Source: Botryllus schlosseri (Eukaryota). Taken from it: a DNA stretch of 64,000 nucleotides. The stretch lies in the NCBI GenBank assembly GCA_051294905.1, contig CM119371.1:248001-312000 (forward strand), in the 5' to 3' direction. The notes below the pieces were generated by a model. The model saw only the letters and a program-made list of their open reading frames with translations. It had not been told where the DNA came from and made no database searches. Position numbers and translations under genes: made by a program. The number at the start of each line of letters is the position of its first letter. The stretch's first letter is position 1. Positions 1 through 11,983 of this stretch are shown here, piece by piece.

Positions 1-146
1 TACTGAACTTTCAGATATCCATTTTTAAGTTGCACACAACTGCCTTGAATACATGATGGTATGATTTCTATTTTTGATGACTGGTCTAGAGTTACGTCAG
101 CACCACGACACTGACAAGATTGAACTGAATGTTGGCTCTCAAGTAT

Positions 147-915
147 CTGGTCGTACTATACCTTCCTTGCCGAGGTTCAAATTCCTTTTGTCATTCATTT
201 CATTCTTTTGCTTCTGTTGACCGATCATTCCGTTCGGGAAGCCCTGAAATGGCAGTCAACCGCATGGTCAAAGCCAGACTCGTACAAATTCCCAGTCTAG
301 TTAGGGTATTTAGTAGTGCTAAATAAGGATTTCGAAAAGTGAGTAGTTCTAGCTCTGGTTGCAGATTTTATAAAGTGAGCAGTTCTAGTTGTGCATCTTA
401 AATATAATTCAGTAGTAAAACAACCAGAAAGCAGGTGTTATTGTTCGATGTTTCGTTGTTATGTGTTATTGCATCCCTCGCTAGGTCAGAGTCATAGCTT
501 CTGACAGTGGCGTAGCCAGGGGTTGGTTTTGTGGGTACAACCTCTCATTTCAAGCTCGAAACACTTGCCTTTAGAAATGCCGGTTCTATCTCCAATATTT
601 CTCAGCTCATTTGCAATTCAGTAGTTTTATTTCTTTATTATTATTAGCTGTTTTAATTAGGATTGTTAAGGTCGTTGTTTATAGATTAGTTGAAGATGCG
701 AGTTTTGCAACGTCAATACAAATTTTGCAAATCCAATAGTTTGTACTTAGTCCAGTTGCAGCACCGCAATAGTGGATCAAAATTGATCATGGACGTAAGT
801 ACATACGTTTTCCACACCATTCAGCGCGTTGATACAAATTGTCCCATCTCAAGAGGTCTTGAATTGGATGGAAGCACATCTGTTGGACATTTCCGATGGC
901 GGAGTTGATGGAGAT
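147..915 (-). pseudogene. RBM28: RBM28/NOP4-like pseudo-exon pair, copy A (exons 807-915 and 147-243)
   Basis: Exon 807-915 (ttcag|...|gtatgt) reads MSNRCASIQFKTS*DGTICINALNGVEN, an RRM RNP1-like segment with an in-frame stop. Exon 147-243 reads ...NDKRNLNLGKEGIVRP, matching the RBM28 'RNLYLAREGLIR.G' linker, and its donor is mutated. Family assignment is from recalled RBM28 sequence, not a search. Confidence 0.7.
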
Positions 916-994
916 CTGAATACAAGATGACAAAAACGTGACAACGCGTTCAAACACACCAATACATCTAGTAGTTGTACATGTACATGTACAT

Positions 995-2962
995 TAGGGT
1001 TGTCCAAAATTTGGAAAATCTCAAGAATGATGGGTATCAATGTCTCATTCTATAGATTATTGATAAAAAACAACAATGAGCCTGGAATAAGCTCACAGGA
1101 ACGTCGTTAAGATTTGTCGCAAAGCGTTCGAAAGTAGCTATACGACGAGTGGGCGTGCTAGCGATTATAGAACGGAATCAAGACTAGTAATCACGAAATC
1201 ACGGCTCTCGATTGGCTAATCAGCTATGCTTCAATGATCACGACGGCAGTGGCTTGCTGATCAGTTGTTAAAGGAGTCTACTAACGGCGGTGATTCTGTA
1301 AGCGCATTGTAGGTTGGTTGGCAGATAATGATTTAAGATTGATGCAGGACATGTTCAGTGACTAGACACATGATGATGAACAAACAGCGGCTACTTCCCA
1401 CAAACTTAAAGCATGACTGGCTTACTTACTGTGAAGGAAACCGCCGTAGCCTACATGTCTGTTTTAACCGATGGATAGCACATAACCTGCGGATAAATAT
1501 TGCAAAGGCGCTTATGCAAGTGGTGATCGAATTTCTTGTTTCAGAAGGGATGCATCATCATTGAATACAAATATAAAACTTAACAATGACACTATACTTT
1601 GTCTGATCTTATTAGGTTCCAGTCGTGGTATATTTGAAGTCTTGAATGCCCTAAGGATTGGCTGAATCAGCCGTATATGCTGGGGACTGTCAAAGTCGTC
1701 AATGATGCCGCACAAAGAGTTAAAAGGTATTAGCACAGACTATGCTATTATGCCCATTAAAAAGACAGTTTGATTGTATAGCTTAACTTAGCCTTAGAGA
1801 ATTGCAGGCATGACAGAGGTGAAACGGCGAATGATTGTGCTCTTTGAGAACTAGATATAAATCCAAGAAATACCTAGTTATGGTTACAAATACGTCAGAC
1901 TGGGCGTAAGTAAAGTATATTAGTCATCGCAAACTGGTACAGCACACCATACGTGAGATGGATGCCACACAAAATCTTATCTGCTCAGAAGATGTTATAT
2001 TGGCCGACCATATAGCTTAGTGGAACCACGAAGAAATGTAACTATCGCACTGCTTCATTGCATTTTAAGCTCGTTTTACATTCCAGCATTTGTAGTGTTA
2101 CAGCCGGTAATGATTCAAGATTTCTTCAGGACATGCTAAGATGTACTGTATTTTTGCTGGTCATACCAGCAATCCAGCATAGTCTGTGCTTACCTCTAAA
2201 CCTCTTTCTACGGCCTCATTGACGACTTTGACAACACTTACGAGTGAATTCATTTTGCTGTAAGAGTTTAATAAGTCCCCAGCATAAAACTGATTCAGCC
2301 AATCCTTAGAGCATTCAAGACTTGAGTTATACAGCACGACTGGAGCCTAATAAGATCAGACCAAGTAGTGTCATTGTTAAGCTTTATATTTGTATTCAAC
2401 TATGATGCATCTCTTCTGAGACAAGAAATTCGTTCGCCTCTTGCATAAGCGCCTTTACAATATTTCTCCGCATGTTCTGTGCTATCCATAGGTCAAAACA
2501 GACATGTGTAGGCTACGGCGGTTTCCTTCACAGTAAGCCAGTCATGCTTTAAGTTTGTGTGAAGTAGCTGTTGTTTGTTCATCATCATGTATCTAGTCAC
2601 TCAACATGACCTGAATCAATCTTAAATCATTATCTGCCAACCAACCTACAATGCGCTTACAGAATCACTGCCGTTAGCAGACTCCTTTAACTACTGATCA
2701 GTAAGCCACTACCGTCGTGATCACTGAAGCATAGCCGATTAGCCAATCGAGAGCCGTGATTTCGTGATTACTAGTCTTGTTGCCGTTCTATGGTCGCTGG
2801 TACGCCCACTCGTCGGTAGCTACTTTCAAACGCTTTGCGACAAATCTTAACAACTTTCCTGTGAGCTTATTCCAGGCTCATTGCGGTTTTTTATCAATAA
2901 TCTATAGAATGAGACATTGATACCCATCATTCTTGAGATTATCCAAATTTTGGACAACCCTA
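995..2962. mobile_element. Non-autonomous hAT-type fold-back element with ~750-bp inverted arms
   Basis: Termini TAGGGTTGTCCAAAATTTGGA / TCCAAATTTTGGACAACCCTA with a perfect 8-bp TSD ATGTACAT (987-994, 2963-2970). Arms ~995-1746 and ~2176-2962 are diverged reverse complements. Both end in a transposase-like remnant (VKVVNDAAQR..STDYA / VKVVNEAVERG.EVSTDYA). Confidence 0.85.
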
Positions 2963-4299
2963 ATGTACATGTACAATTGTACAGGCACCTGATGACTATA
3001 CAACTAATGGTGAGGGTAATATACAGACACTACAGTAGGATATCTTGACCTGGGGTCTATATATCCCTTGATGGTGTAGGCCAACACATATTACCGTAGT
3101 TGAAGGGCCATGAAAGGCCAACGTTTAAAAAAGAATAATAAGCTATATTGTCCTTTATAACATCTGTTCTTATTGCAGACTGACATATTTATTTTGTTTC
3201 ATTTTTGGCGCTCACAACAGTTCGCGAGCAAAAGTGACAAGCATTTATTAGTAATCAGGGGCCATCATTAGGAGTGAGCAGAAGAGATGAAATTTCGTTT
3301 GTAGTCATCGGGATACCAAATCCCCATGAAGTGTTTTAACTGAAAATTTTCATAAAAAAATCAAGCTCTCAAAGAATGAACAAGGCGATTATTAGGGCGC
3401 CAAATTCCCCCATTGTATACTAGGAGTTGGTTTACTTACATCAGACGTGGTCATGGTCAGTGACAAACACTGCCGACAACACGCCACTATTCGGATCTGA
3501 AATCATGGATTTGCCAAAATAATGTAATTTATAATTTACTCACCTTTCACCTCCTCGTGTGTGTCAGTTGAACATTTATGTTTGTCAGATTCCGACTGAA
3601 TGGTTGAGATTGTCATGCAAACGTCTTTCACGAAAGAAATTTAGATGTATCGGAGGAACAGCCTCTCAAATGAGATGTTATGTCCGATGATATTCTGATG
3701 GCAATCCACTGTAATAAAATCAGAAGTAGCTGTATAAAGTAGATTCAGTAAATCTAACCATCTATAAAAGGATAGCACCCGACTATATTCATCTATTTCC
3801 TATAGTCACAGGCTGAAAGTCAGGTTTTCCTCAGTGTTACTCAGGTAGAAGTAACATCATACGTTTCTACTCAAGTGCAATTTACAAGTAACTTGAAAGA
3901 CAAATGGCAGTTTTGCCAGAAAAATGAAAACTGTTTAGGTAGAAGTGCAAGTAGTCCTAAATCATAACAACTCGAGTACGGTAAATACGGTAGTACAAGT
4001 GTGCAAAACTTATTTGAGATTTAAGTACTTTAAAAAAAATTTAAATGACTTCATTACTGACCACCACTGCTTGCAGAGGACCTGATTTGGTTTTCTAGTT
4101 TATTTCACGTCCAAGCTTAGCAATGGATGTGTGTGTTTGAAGCGAGATGAAATGTATTTTGAGCATCGGCGGCTACATCGGAATGATCAGCAAAGGTTTA
4201 GTTATCGGTTTGATGGGTAGTTCATGAGATATACGGTAATAGTCAGGCTCTAGTTCAACACACAATGGCAGGGGGCAGACTAGTACACCATACTCAACC

Positions 4300-4657
4300 A
4301 ACCATTGAACCGGGAACTACTTAATTTTTAAAACAAGCAACTATAACTACTTATTTTCAAAACTAGTAACTAGAATTACTCATTTTTCAAAATTCGCTAC
4401 TAGAAATAGAAATTTAATTACTCAATTTTTAACAATTAGCAACTTGAGTTGGAACTACGCTATTTTTAAAATCCGTCACTAGAACTAGAACTACTTATTT
4501 TTCAAAACTAGCAATTAGAAATTGGAACTACTCAAGTTTTCAAAACAAGTAACTACAAATAGAAGTATAATCACTCAATTTTTGAAAATTAGCAACTCGA
4601 GTTAAAACCGGAACTACGATCTTTTCAAAATCCGTAGCTAGAACTAGGACTGGCTAC
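4300..4657. repeat. Degenerate tandem array of AACTAGAA/ACTACTCA/TTTTCAAAA motifs (probable MITE interior)
   Basis: Repeated units such as 'ctagaactagaactacttatttttcaaaactag'. Related inverted fragments occur at ~330-400 and ~5710-5760. Confidence 0.5.
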
Positions 4658-4770
4658 TAGGGTGGAGTGAAAAATGGAAAATTTTGAATTTTAAAACGGA
4701 CACTTGATATGTGGTGCCAAATTAAAAAAAAAATCTATAATAATTTTGGGCTCGTGCACCCTCTAGTTGT
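4658..4770. mobile_element. Terminal fragment of the transposon whose end lies at 60722
   Basis: tagggtggagtgaaaaatggaaaattttgaattttaaaacggacacttgatatgtggtgcc... is the near-exact reverse complement of ~60605-60722. Confidence 0.75.
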
Positions 4771-4799
4771 TGAAATTGACTAGACTTTACTATAGTCGA

Positions 4800-5245
4800 T
4801 CTGTATAATGACTGTTTGAACGCGAGTCATTGCCCATGACTCTGACCAAGTGATATGACTCGAGTCTGAAACGGCCAAGACCAACATACCATTGCAATTT
4901 CGAAGAATAGTGAAGTAACCACAGTGTTGGTATTTCATCACTTGCTACTGGTACTTGAAAATGCAATCTGAAACTGTAGAAAATGCGAAAATCAGTTTAT
5001 ATGTTTTAAATGTTAACCATTCAATATCGCCAGATATCGTTATAAAAAGTAGTTTTAACAAGACTAAATCGAAACTGAGCAGTCAACGCAATGACTTCGA
5101 CTCGGACTCGAGTCACAATATCATGACTTGGACTTGACCCTCTGCTCGCTGACTTGGACTCGGAATGACTCGATGGTGAATTAAAAATGACCCGACTTGA
5201 CTCGAGTTGAAACTATAAAAGTAAGATTGACTTGTGACACGGAGC
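4800..5245 (-). mobile_element. GACTCGAG-rich hAT MITE family, degenerate copy
   Basis: Reverse-complement similarity to the complete copy at 7000-7543. Confidence 0.6.
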
Positions 5246-5509
5246 CTGTATGGTTGTCACTAAATGATTAGGAACTTCAACGTCACAAGATTTGAAAATA
5301 TTACGTTCTGTTTTGGAATGACCGCAAGATCAGACTACAGCTTCAATGACTAGGCTACATCTACTTACTCAACCTTGTACATTGTGAATTTAACACTCAC
5401 ACACATACCCACACACAATCCCGAAGCCTGCACAATACATAAACAGAGCACGTCAGCACCACAATACCGACAAGTTTGTGCTGAATATGGAATATTGGCT
5501 CTCACGTAC

Positions 5510-6726
5510 CTGGTCATAGGAGGTCGAGACACAAATTACTCTTGTCCTCCTTTTGATTCTTTAGTTTCTTCTGTTGAAGCACATTGATAGCTTTGAATCT
5601 CACTCCCGTTCACGATCTTGCCCTGAAACAATACCCAACACACAGTTACAGCCAGATTTATAAATACTACGAATCTAGTCAGTCGACGGTCATTAACTAC
5701 TGGTTATCCCGTAGTTCTAGTTCTAGTTACAATTTTTTTTTAATGCGAGTAGTTCTAGTTGCCTTACGGCATAAGTTAGTTGCGAAACTATAAAACACGT
5801 GTCACCGTTCTGTGAATCGTGATATCGGTGTTCTATCGCGCGTTGTTTTTGCATTGCTAGCTAAGAGTCATCACTACTAACAGTGGTTAAGCCAGGTGGT
5901 GGGTTTTGATTCACGGAACCCCTTTCATCGCAGGCTCGATATACTGGCCTTTTGTAATGCCGAATCTATCTCCAATATTTGTTAGGTTGTTTGTGATTCA
6001 GTAATTTGTATTATCCATTATTAGTCAGCTCTGTTTTAGTTAGTTTGTTTCAAGTTATCAAAGATGGTTAGTTCTATAAAATATAGTCTAGTTGTGGTTG
6101 CGAATTTTGGAAAATGAGTACCGTACAGATTTTGCAAATCCAATAGTTAGTAAAGGTCTTGTTGCAGCGCCGTAACAGTGGATTGAAAGTACCACTCAGC
6201 ACGAACGCATATACATTAGTGCGGAGCATGGACCGGAGCCGGGTTGGATATCCGGCCGGATTTTTTTTAAATTTTGGTTGGACCGTATCGGAGCCGGATC
6301 AGTACTTCTTTGATAAGGTCAGAATCTCTATGGATAAGCATGACGTTTGTAACTAAATAAATACCAACCAACAACACGCAAGTAACCGCCAAGCCAGTGC
6401 GAAAAGAAACGAGCTATATTTTTAAATTCATGGAACCACCGTACCGTGTTAGGTCGGATTTCCAGCAGGACTTTTTAATTTTTGGCCGGAGCCGGATCAG
6501 TACTTTTTCCTGATACGGCCAGAGCCGGATCGGAGCCGGACCAGAGAATTGACAAACCGGACCGGAGCCGGACCAGAGAATTTGTCGATCCGCTCCTCAC
6601 TAATATACATACGTTTCCTCGCCATTCAGCTCGCCGATACAATTTGTCGTTTCTTCCGGGGTCTTGGATTGGACGTAAGCGCATCTCTTGGACTGGCTGA
6701 TGGGCTATGGCAGAATTGCTGACGAA
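5510..6726 (-). pseudogene. RBM28: RBM28/NOP4-like pseudo-exon pair, copy B (exons 6613-6726 and 5510-5622)
   Basis: 6613-6726 reads QSKRCAYVQSKTPEETTNCIGELNGEE with AG/GT boundaries. 5510-5622 reads GKIVNGSEI...EDKSNLCL...*PG across frameshifts. The intron sequence is collinear with copy A (roughly 60-970 vs 5450-6790). Confidence 0.7.
6217..6602. mobile_element. hAT-type MITE (CCGGA-rich)
   Basis: TIR tagtgcggagc / gctcctcacta with perfect 8-bp TSD ATATACAT (6209-6216, 6603-6610). Inserted beside the donor site of pseudo-exon 6613-6726. Confidence 0.85.
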
Positions 6727-6999
6727 CTAAACAATATATATTGAAAATGTGACAGCGACATATTCAAATACACAAATACATGCAGAAAAACACGAGTTAT
6801 ACAGCATATAAGGAGTCTTCAATTTTTTTTTTCAAATTCAACTGACTACATGATAAAGTTGTTAGCTTGGCTATAAAAACTCACTACACCAAACTTGGTT
6901 TAATACCAATCAGTAGCCGCGTTGCTACAAGAGATGAAAGATTTGGATATAGCCTAATATATAAAAATTAAATATTTTTTTTCAATACTTTCTGATCAC

Positions 7000-7543
7000 C
7001 AGGGTTGTAACCAAGTCACAAGGCTCCGAGTCACAAGTCAATCTCACTTTTATAGTTTTGACTCGAGTCAAGTCGAGTCATTTCAATTCACCACCGAGTC
7101 AAGTCCGAGTCCAAGTCAGCGAGCAGAGTGCCGAGTCCGAGTCATGGAGTTATGACTCGAGTCCTAGTCCAAGTCATTGTGGTGACTGCTCAGTTTCCAG
7201 TTGAAGTCTTGGTAAACCCACTTTTTATAGCTCTGTTTGGTGATATCGAATGGTTCGCATTTATAATATGCCAATTTTCGTCACTTTCAGCAGTTTATGG
7301 TCGCATTTTCAAGTACCAGTACCAATAGACGAAATCCCAATAGTGTGTTGGCTTCAGAATTACAATGAAATATCGGTCTTGGCCGTCTGAGTCTCGAGTC
7401 AATGACTTGGTTCGAGTCATGCGCAATGACTCGAGTCCAAGTCGAGTCAGTACACAATATGACTCGAGTCGAGTCGAGTCATCAGAAAATCATGAGTCGA
7501 GTCGGACTCGAGTCGAGTCATGACTCGAGTCATTACAACTCTG
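7000..7543. mobile_element. hAT-type MITE (GACTCGAG/GAGTC-rich)
   Basis: TIR cagggttgtaa / ttacaactctg with perfect 8-bp TSD CTGATCAC (6992-6999, 7544-7551). Confidence 0.85.
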
Positions 7544-7751
7544 CTGATCACCCCATGAAATTTATAGTTTTTCGACAGAAACGCTGCCAAACAAATTTGC
7601 TCAATTCCAACCAATGGAAGCGGAGTTATTGCAGTCGGAAAATTAGGATATGAAAAAATTAATAATCTGCCCACCGTGAATACGACACCAATTATTCATA
7701 TCCAAATTTCCGACTGCAATAACTCCGCTTCCACTGGTCGGAATTGAGCTA

Positions 7752-7905
7752 AATGTAGGATTGATGTTGAAACTTCTCAAAGCTTCAAAAGCGTGTTCGA
7801 CTTTTCATGCTTGAAATCGATGAATGCGTATCAGAGCTATCTTCTAACTTCTAATATTTACGCAGGGATTTATCAGATCTCGTATCACTCGAGATTCAGT
7901 GATAA
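7752..7905 (-). pseudogene. RBM28: RBM28/NOP4-like RRM4 pseudo-exon
   Basis: After a gtgtag acceptor it reads ITESRVIRDL...YAFIDFKHEK.EHAFEALRSFNINP across frameshifts, resembling RBM28 'ECRVMRDL...[24 protein letters not shown]'. Confidence 0.7.
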
Positions 7906-8764
7906 CTACACTGCGTCGATCTTTGTATTGGAACAGGAGAAGTTGCTGAAATAGGATGGCATCATTTTATCAAAGAACTCATAGAGTAAACATGTCAGCC
8001 GATTCCAAAGAAGAGCAACACATTCGACTCCGCTATTTTGGACAGTGTTGTTCTGCTCCCTTTTGGCCAAATTAAGTCGAGACACTGCTTTGTTCAAGTT
8101 AACCGGAAATTTGGTTGCTCCTTCATGGCCGTGCATTACTGTATTAGGACTGTTCAAGAATAAGCTTTTTTCTGGATTCCAGCCATTCGGTGAATAAATA
8201 GTCAGGTTACCCTAAAAAACGCTCACACCAAATTTGGTTCAATCCTGACAAGTATAAGGCTCCGCAGATCCAATTAAAATTTTCAATTTGCTAGGGAAGA
8301 TATAAAAAAAAAATCGAGGATGATAATCAGAGAATTATCAACGAAAAACTCGAATAAATCTGCTAGTTGGGATTGACTGAAATTTGTTTTGCATCGTTTT
8401 TGAAGACAGCTCAACAATATCATGGGGTTGACAGTAACAATTTGAATTTTTTTTTTTTCAATTTGACCTAATAAATTAAATATTTGAATCTAATTTTGAA
8501 AAATTGTGTAGCTTCAACTGCGATTCTGATCTAATTTGAAAAAAAAACAGTCTAATTATAATTCTAAATGTAGTACAATTTTTACAAAAAAAAAACTGTA
8601 GCTTTTAGCTATCATTCTAATTCCAATCTAATTTGAATTTGACAATGATCTAGTTGTCCCAATCTGGCTGAGAAAACCCAGTTACCATGTGAACCCCCGT
8701 TAGAAACCCCTGCTGCAAGTTAGCTTAACGAGAAAGTATGCTAATAGTTGTGGTTATTATATAT

Positions 8765-8910
8765 CTTCAGCTTTTGACACTTCTAGTAAGATTGTCAGCA
8801 CATAATCGAGTTGTACGTTTGCATTTTTCAGTTTGGCCCGATTTGCATTTTCAATCTTCACATGTTTCTTCCATTCTGTTGCGTTGAGACCTTCAGGGGC
8901 TTGCGTTTCC
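8765..8910 (-). pseudogene. RBM28: RBM28/NOP4-like linker/RRM4-start pseudo-exon
   Basis: Reads TQAPEGLNATEWKKHVKIENANRAKLKNAKRTTRLCADNLTRSV, resembling RBM28 '[47 protein letters not shown]'. Confidence 0.7.
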
Positions 8911-9859
8911 ACACAGAAAAATCACAGGTGGTCATGTAGTCTGCATCGCACTTTTCTACAAGTGTTAATCGGAGGTGGCTACCTAGCTTCACGCTGGGTT
9001 GCTATGACTTGATTTACCGATGACTCAACTTGACTCGAGTGATTTTTTCAAATAACTCTACTCGAATAAATTGATGTGTTGAATCAACTTGCCTCGAGCA
9101 ATTTCTTCAATAGACTTGACTTTAGGATTACCATATTCTGGAATCGGGAAAGGGGGACACTTTTTCAAAATATTTAAACTTGGAGAAGTCAAAATTATGT
9201 CAAAATTGTAGCGTTAGGCCAAAAATTGTCTAAATTGTTTACAAAGTAATAACTTTTTTGCAACCTGCGTTTCGTTCATTTTGTATATTTTGCAGTGTCT
9301 GTGAACTTGTCATTTGACATTTCACCGCTTGTAGCCTACTTTATAGGCCTGCAGTTGTAGACGGCCCATGGTATGCTTATTGTGAATCGTAAACATTCAA
9401 ATGAAACAAATAGGTCAACATGGTGCTCAACGTACCGCAATATCCCAACTGAAGCTACACTGCGTGGACATTGCAAGGTTCTTATATCAAGAAGTGTTGT
9501 GTTACTAAACATTTTAATTATTTCTACCATAATCCGTGGTGTAACTTCTGCAATTCTTCATAGGGCCAGATTTTCTTAAAATAAAGTTAGAAAAATTTTC
9601 AGTTATCGATGCAAAAAAGTTTTTTCAGGCCATACTAATTCGTAAGGTAAGACAGTTCCAACTGGAAATTAAGACAATGCTAACGTTATGTGGGAAAACA
9701 CCTCATTTGTATACATTTTTTTTTTAAATCAGTCAAAAATGTCAAAATATTGATTTTTAGGTCAAAATCGTTCATTTTTAGGTTAAAAATAAGCCTAGTC
9801 AAAACCATACACGTCATCAAATTCTCCGTTGGGATTGCCAGCATTCTGATTGCATTTGC

Positions 9860-9960
9860 ATTTTCCTTACCATTCAGTGAGTCGATACAATTTGAAACTT
9901 TGTCGGAGGTGAGGTCATGAATCAGACGAGAGCACATCGCTTGGACATGCCAATGGCGAT
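9860..9960 (-). pseudogene. RBM28: RBM28/NOP4-like RRM3 pseudo-exon, copy C
   Basis: ttcag|IAIGMSKRCALV*FMTS...SNCIDSLNGKEN, with a stop and a frameshift. Paralogous to 807-915 and 6613-6726. Confidence 0.65.
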
Positions 9961-10264
9961 CTGAATAGAAGATGTCATAAATGTGACAGCAACGTATTGA
10001 ATTTGAAACATATGAATACAAGCAGGAAAATAATGTTCATGCATCTGAGATCTGATGATCATACATACAACCCACTCGATATCAAAAAGAAACCATCAAG
10101 TTTCTCACTAAATTCAAATTTCCGATATTTATTTATTTATTTGATATTTTTGGTATTTGGCATCGCCATGACCCAACATATCCATCACTGTTTCAATTCA
10201 ATAGTGGAAATCGCCTAATAGTTTTATGGTCTTGTTCTACGTTCACTTTAGTTACAGCAAGTAG

Positions 10265-10520
10265 TAGAGGTGGACCGATATCGACCTAGCCGATGATCGA
10301 GGCCAATGTTTGGAACGTCGCTCCGAGTTCTCAGTCTCAGGAAATCGACGACACAAAGGGGGCTGCGGGACAGATTGCCCTTGCAGGACAAGTTGAACTG
10401 GGTGAGCATGCAGTGAAACTATGCTTCCTGCATCACAGCCTACCTCTACTGGACTCATCTGTGATTCTGCATCATCTTTTGCTCTTTGGGATACTCCACA
10501 TTTCAATGAATGTGCACAAT
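10265..10520 (+). mobile_element. hAT-derived element end with C-terminal dimerisation-domain remnant
   Basis: Starts tagaggtggaccgatatcg, like the element at 23346-23836, and shares its internal 'tgcatgctcacccagtt' segment in the opposite orientation. The translation AAGQIA...GEHAVKLCFL resembles a hAT C-terminus. Right end not located. Confidence 0.5.
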
Positions 10521-10611
10521 TAGGCAATAATTGTTTTCCAGTTTATTGATCAGCTTTCTGTGGCATGCACAAGAGACAACTACCCTAATCGAACAGAACA
10601 GAATTGAACAG

Positions 10612-11231
10612 TAGGGCTGTTCGAAAAAATCTTTTTTTTCGGAATCTTGTTGGCTGCATCATTAAATCATTAGTTTGGCTTGAAAAACGATGCACACGAA
10701 ATTGGAATTCATTCCAACCGGTAAGCGCGGACTTTGTATAGTTTGAAAATTTTGAATATACCAAAAAATGCAAAAAAAAAATTTCAAATTTTTGGTCAAC
10801 CCCAAGAAATTGTTGCGCTGTCTTCAAAAACGATCCAAAACAAATTTGACTCAATTCCAACCAGTAAAAGCGGGGACATTTGAGTTTTTCTTTGATAATT
10901 CTGGGATTATCCTTGATCGTTGGATAATCCAAGAATTATCAACGAAAAACTCGAATAACTCTGCTTCTACTAGTTGGAATCGAGTCAAATTTGTTTTGGA
11001 TCGGTTTTGAAGACAGCGCAACAATTTCACGTGGTTGACAGAAAAAGTTGAAAATTATTTTTTATGGCATTTTTAGGTAGGCTAAATTCTAAATTTTCAC
11101 ACTGTACGAATTACGCCCTTACAGGTTGGAATGAATTCAAATTTCGTGTGCATCGATTTTTTAAGGCAACCTAATGATTTAATCACGTAGCTAACAAGGT
11201 TCAGGAAAAAAAGTTTTTTTGAACAGCCCTA
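10612..11231. mobile_element. Palindromic hAT-type MITE
   Basis: TIR tagggctgttcgaaaaaa / ttttttgaacagcccta with long imperfect inverted arms. Degenerate 8-bp TSD ttgaacag/ctgcacag. Relative at ~46561-47415. Confidence 0.75.
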
Positions 11232-11860
11232 CTGCACAGCCTGTCGTAGTGGTCTGGCGGAAGAGATGGACATGGCCTATTTTGCACCATTCACACATGA
11301 TTCAGCAACTGCATGATACTGCAGTATAGTTGTTCCAGACGCAAATGAATAGCTTTGCACAGCATAGAGGTAACTAGAGTGGAACATGGCGTTACAAAAA
11401 ATCATGACTTTGCAGTTCCAATACAGCAGTTTTATGAAGAAAATAGCTACAACCAAAAAAAATTCATGATATTATCTTTAATTTGATATCACTTCATTTT
11501 TGGAGGGAAGTCACCCTTGAAAACAATAATTTTTGAATATTTTTGTACGACAACATTTTTCAACAACTGATGCTTCAGCAATTCCTAAACATGTTTTGCA
11601 TATTGGAAAACAAAATGCATGTATATGCTGGTTTTATTTTCGTTTCAATCGGGATCAGGTTGTCGACCACACACTTTGACAACTCGATAATTCTAGTTGT
11701 ATAATTTATCTAAATTAGAGCGAAATGACAGTAATCTAAATTTAATCTAATTTGGAAAAGTCCATAATTTTCTAGTTTTCCAAGTCTGACCGACCGGTGG
11801 TCTAGAAGGTCCGCCCTACAATACTGACGATTTTTTTGCTGAATATTAGTCCGCACATAC

Positions 11861-11983
11861 CTGGTCATAAGAGACCTTTCCTGCCGAGATACAAATCCCT
11901 TTTGCCATCTTTCTCATTCCTTCATTTCTTTGTCTGCTCACAGCTTGATCAAGCCGAATCTCATTCCCTTCCAGGTTGTTGCC
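11861..11983 (-). pseudogene. RBM28: RBM28/NOP4-like pseudo-exon (end of RRM3 + linker), copy D
   Basis: ctgtag|GNNLEGNEIRLDQAVSRQ / frameshift / EKDGKRDLYLGRKGLL*P|gtatgt, compared with RBM28 'GLKLDGRQLKVDLAVTRD...RNLYLAREGLIR'. Confidence 0.7.

Noticed and set aside
7128..7674. ORFs with MTRV/ESSH repeats
   Set aside because: They are translations of the GACTCGAGTC-rich MITE.
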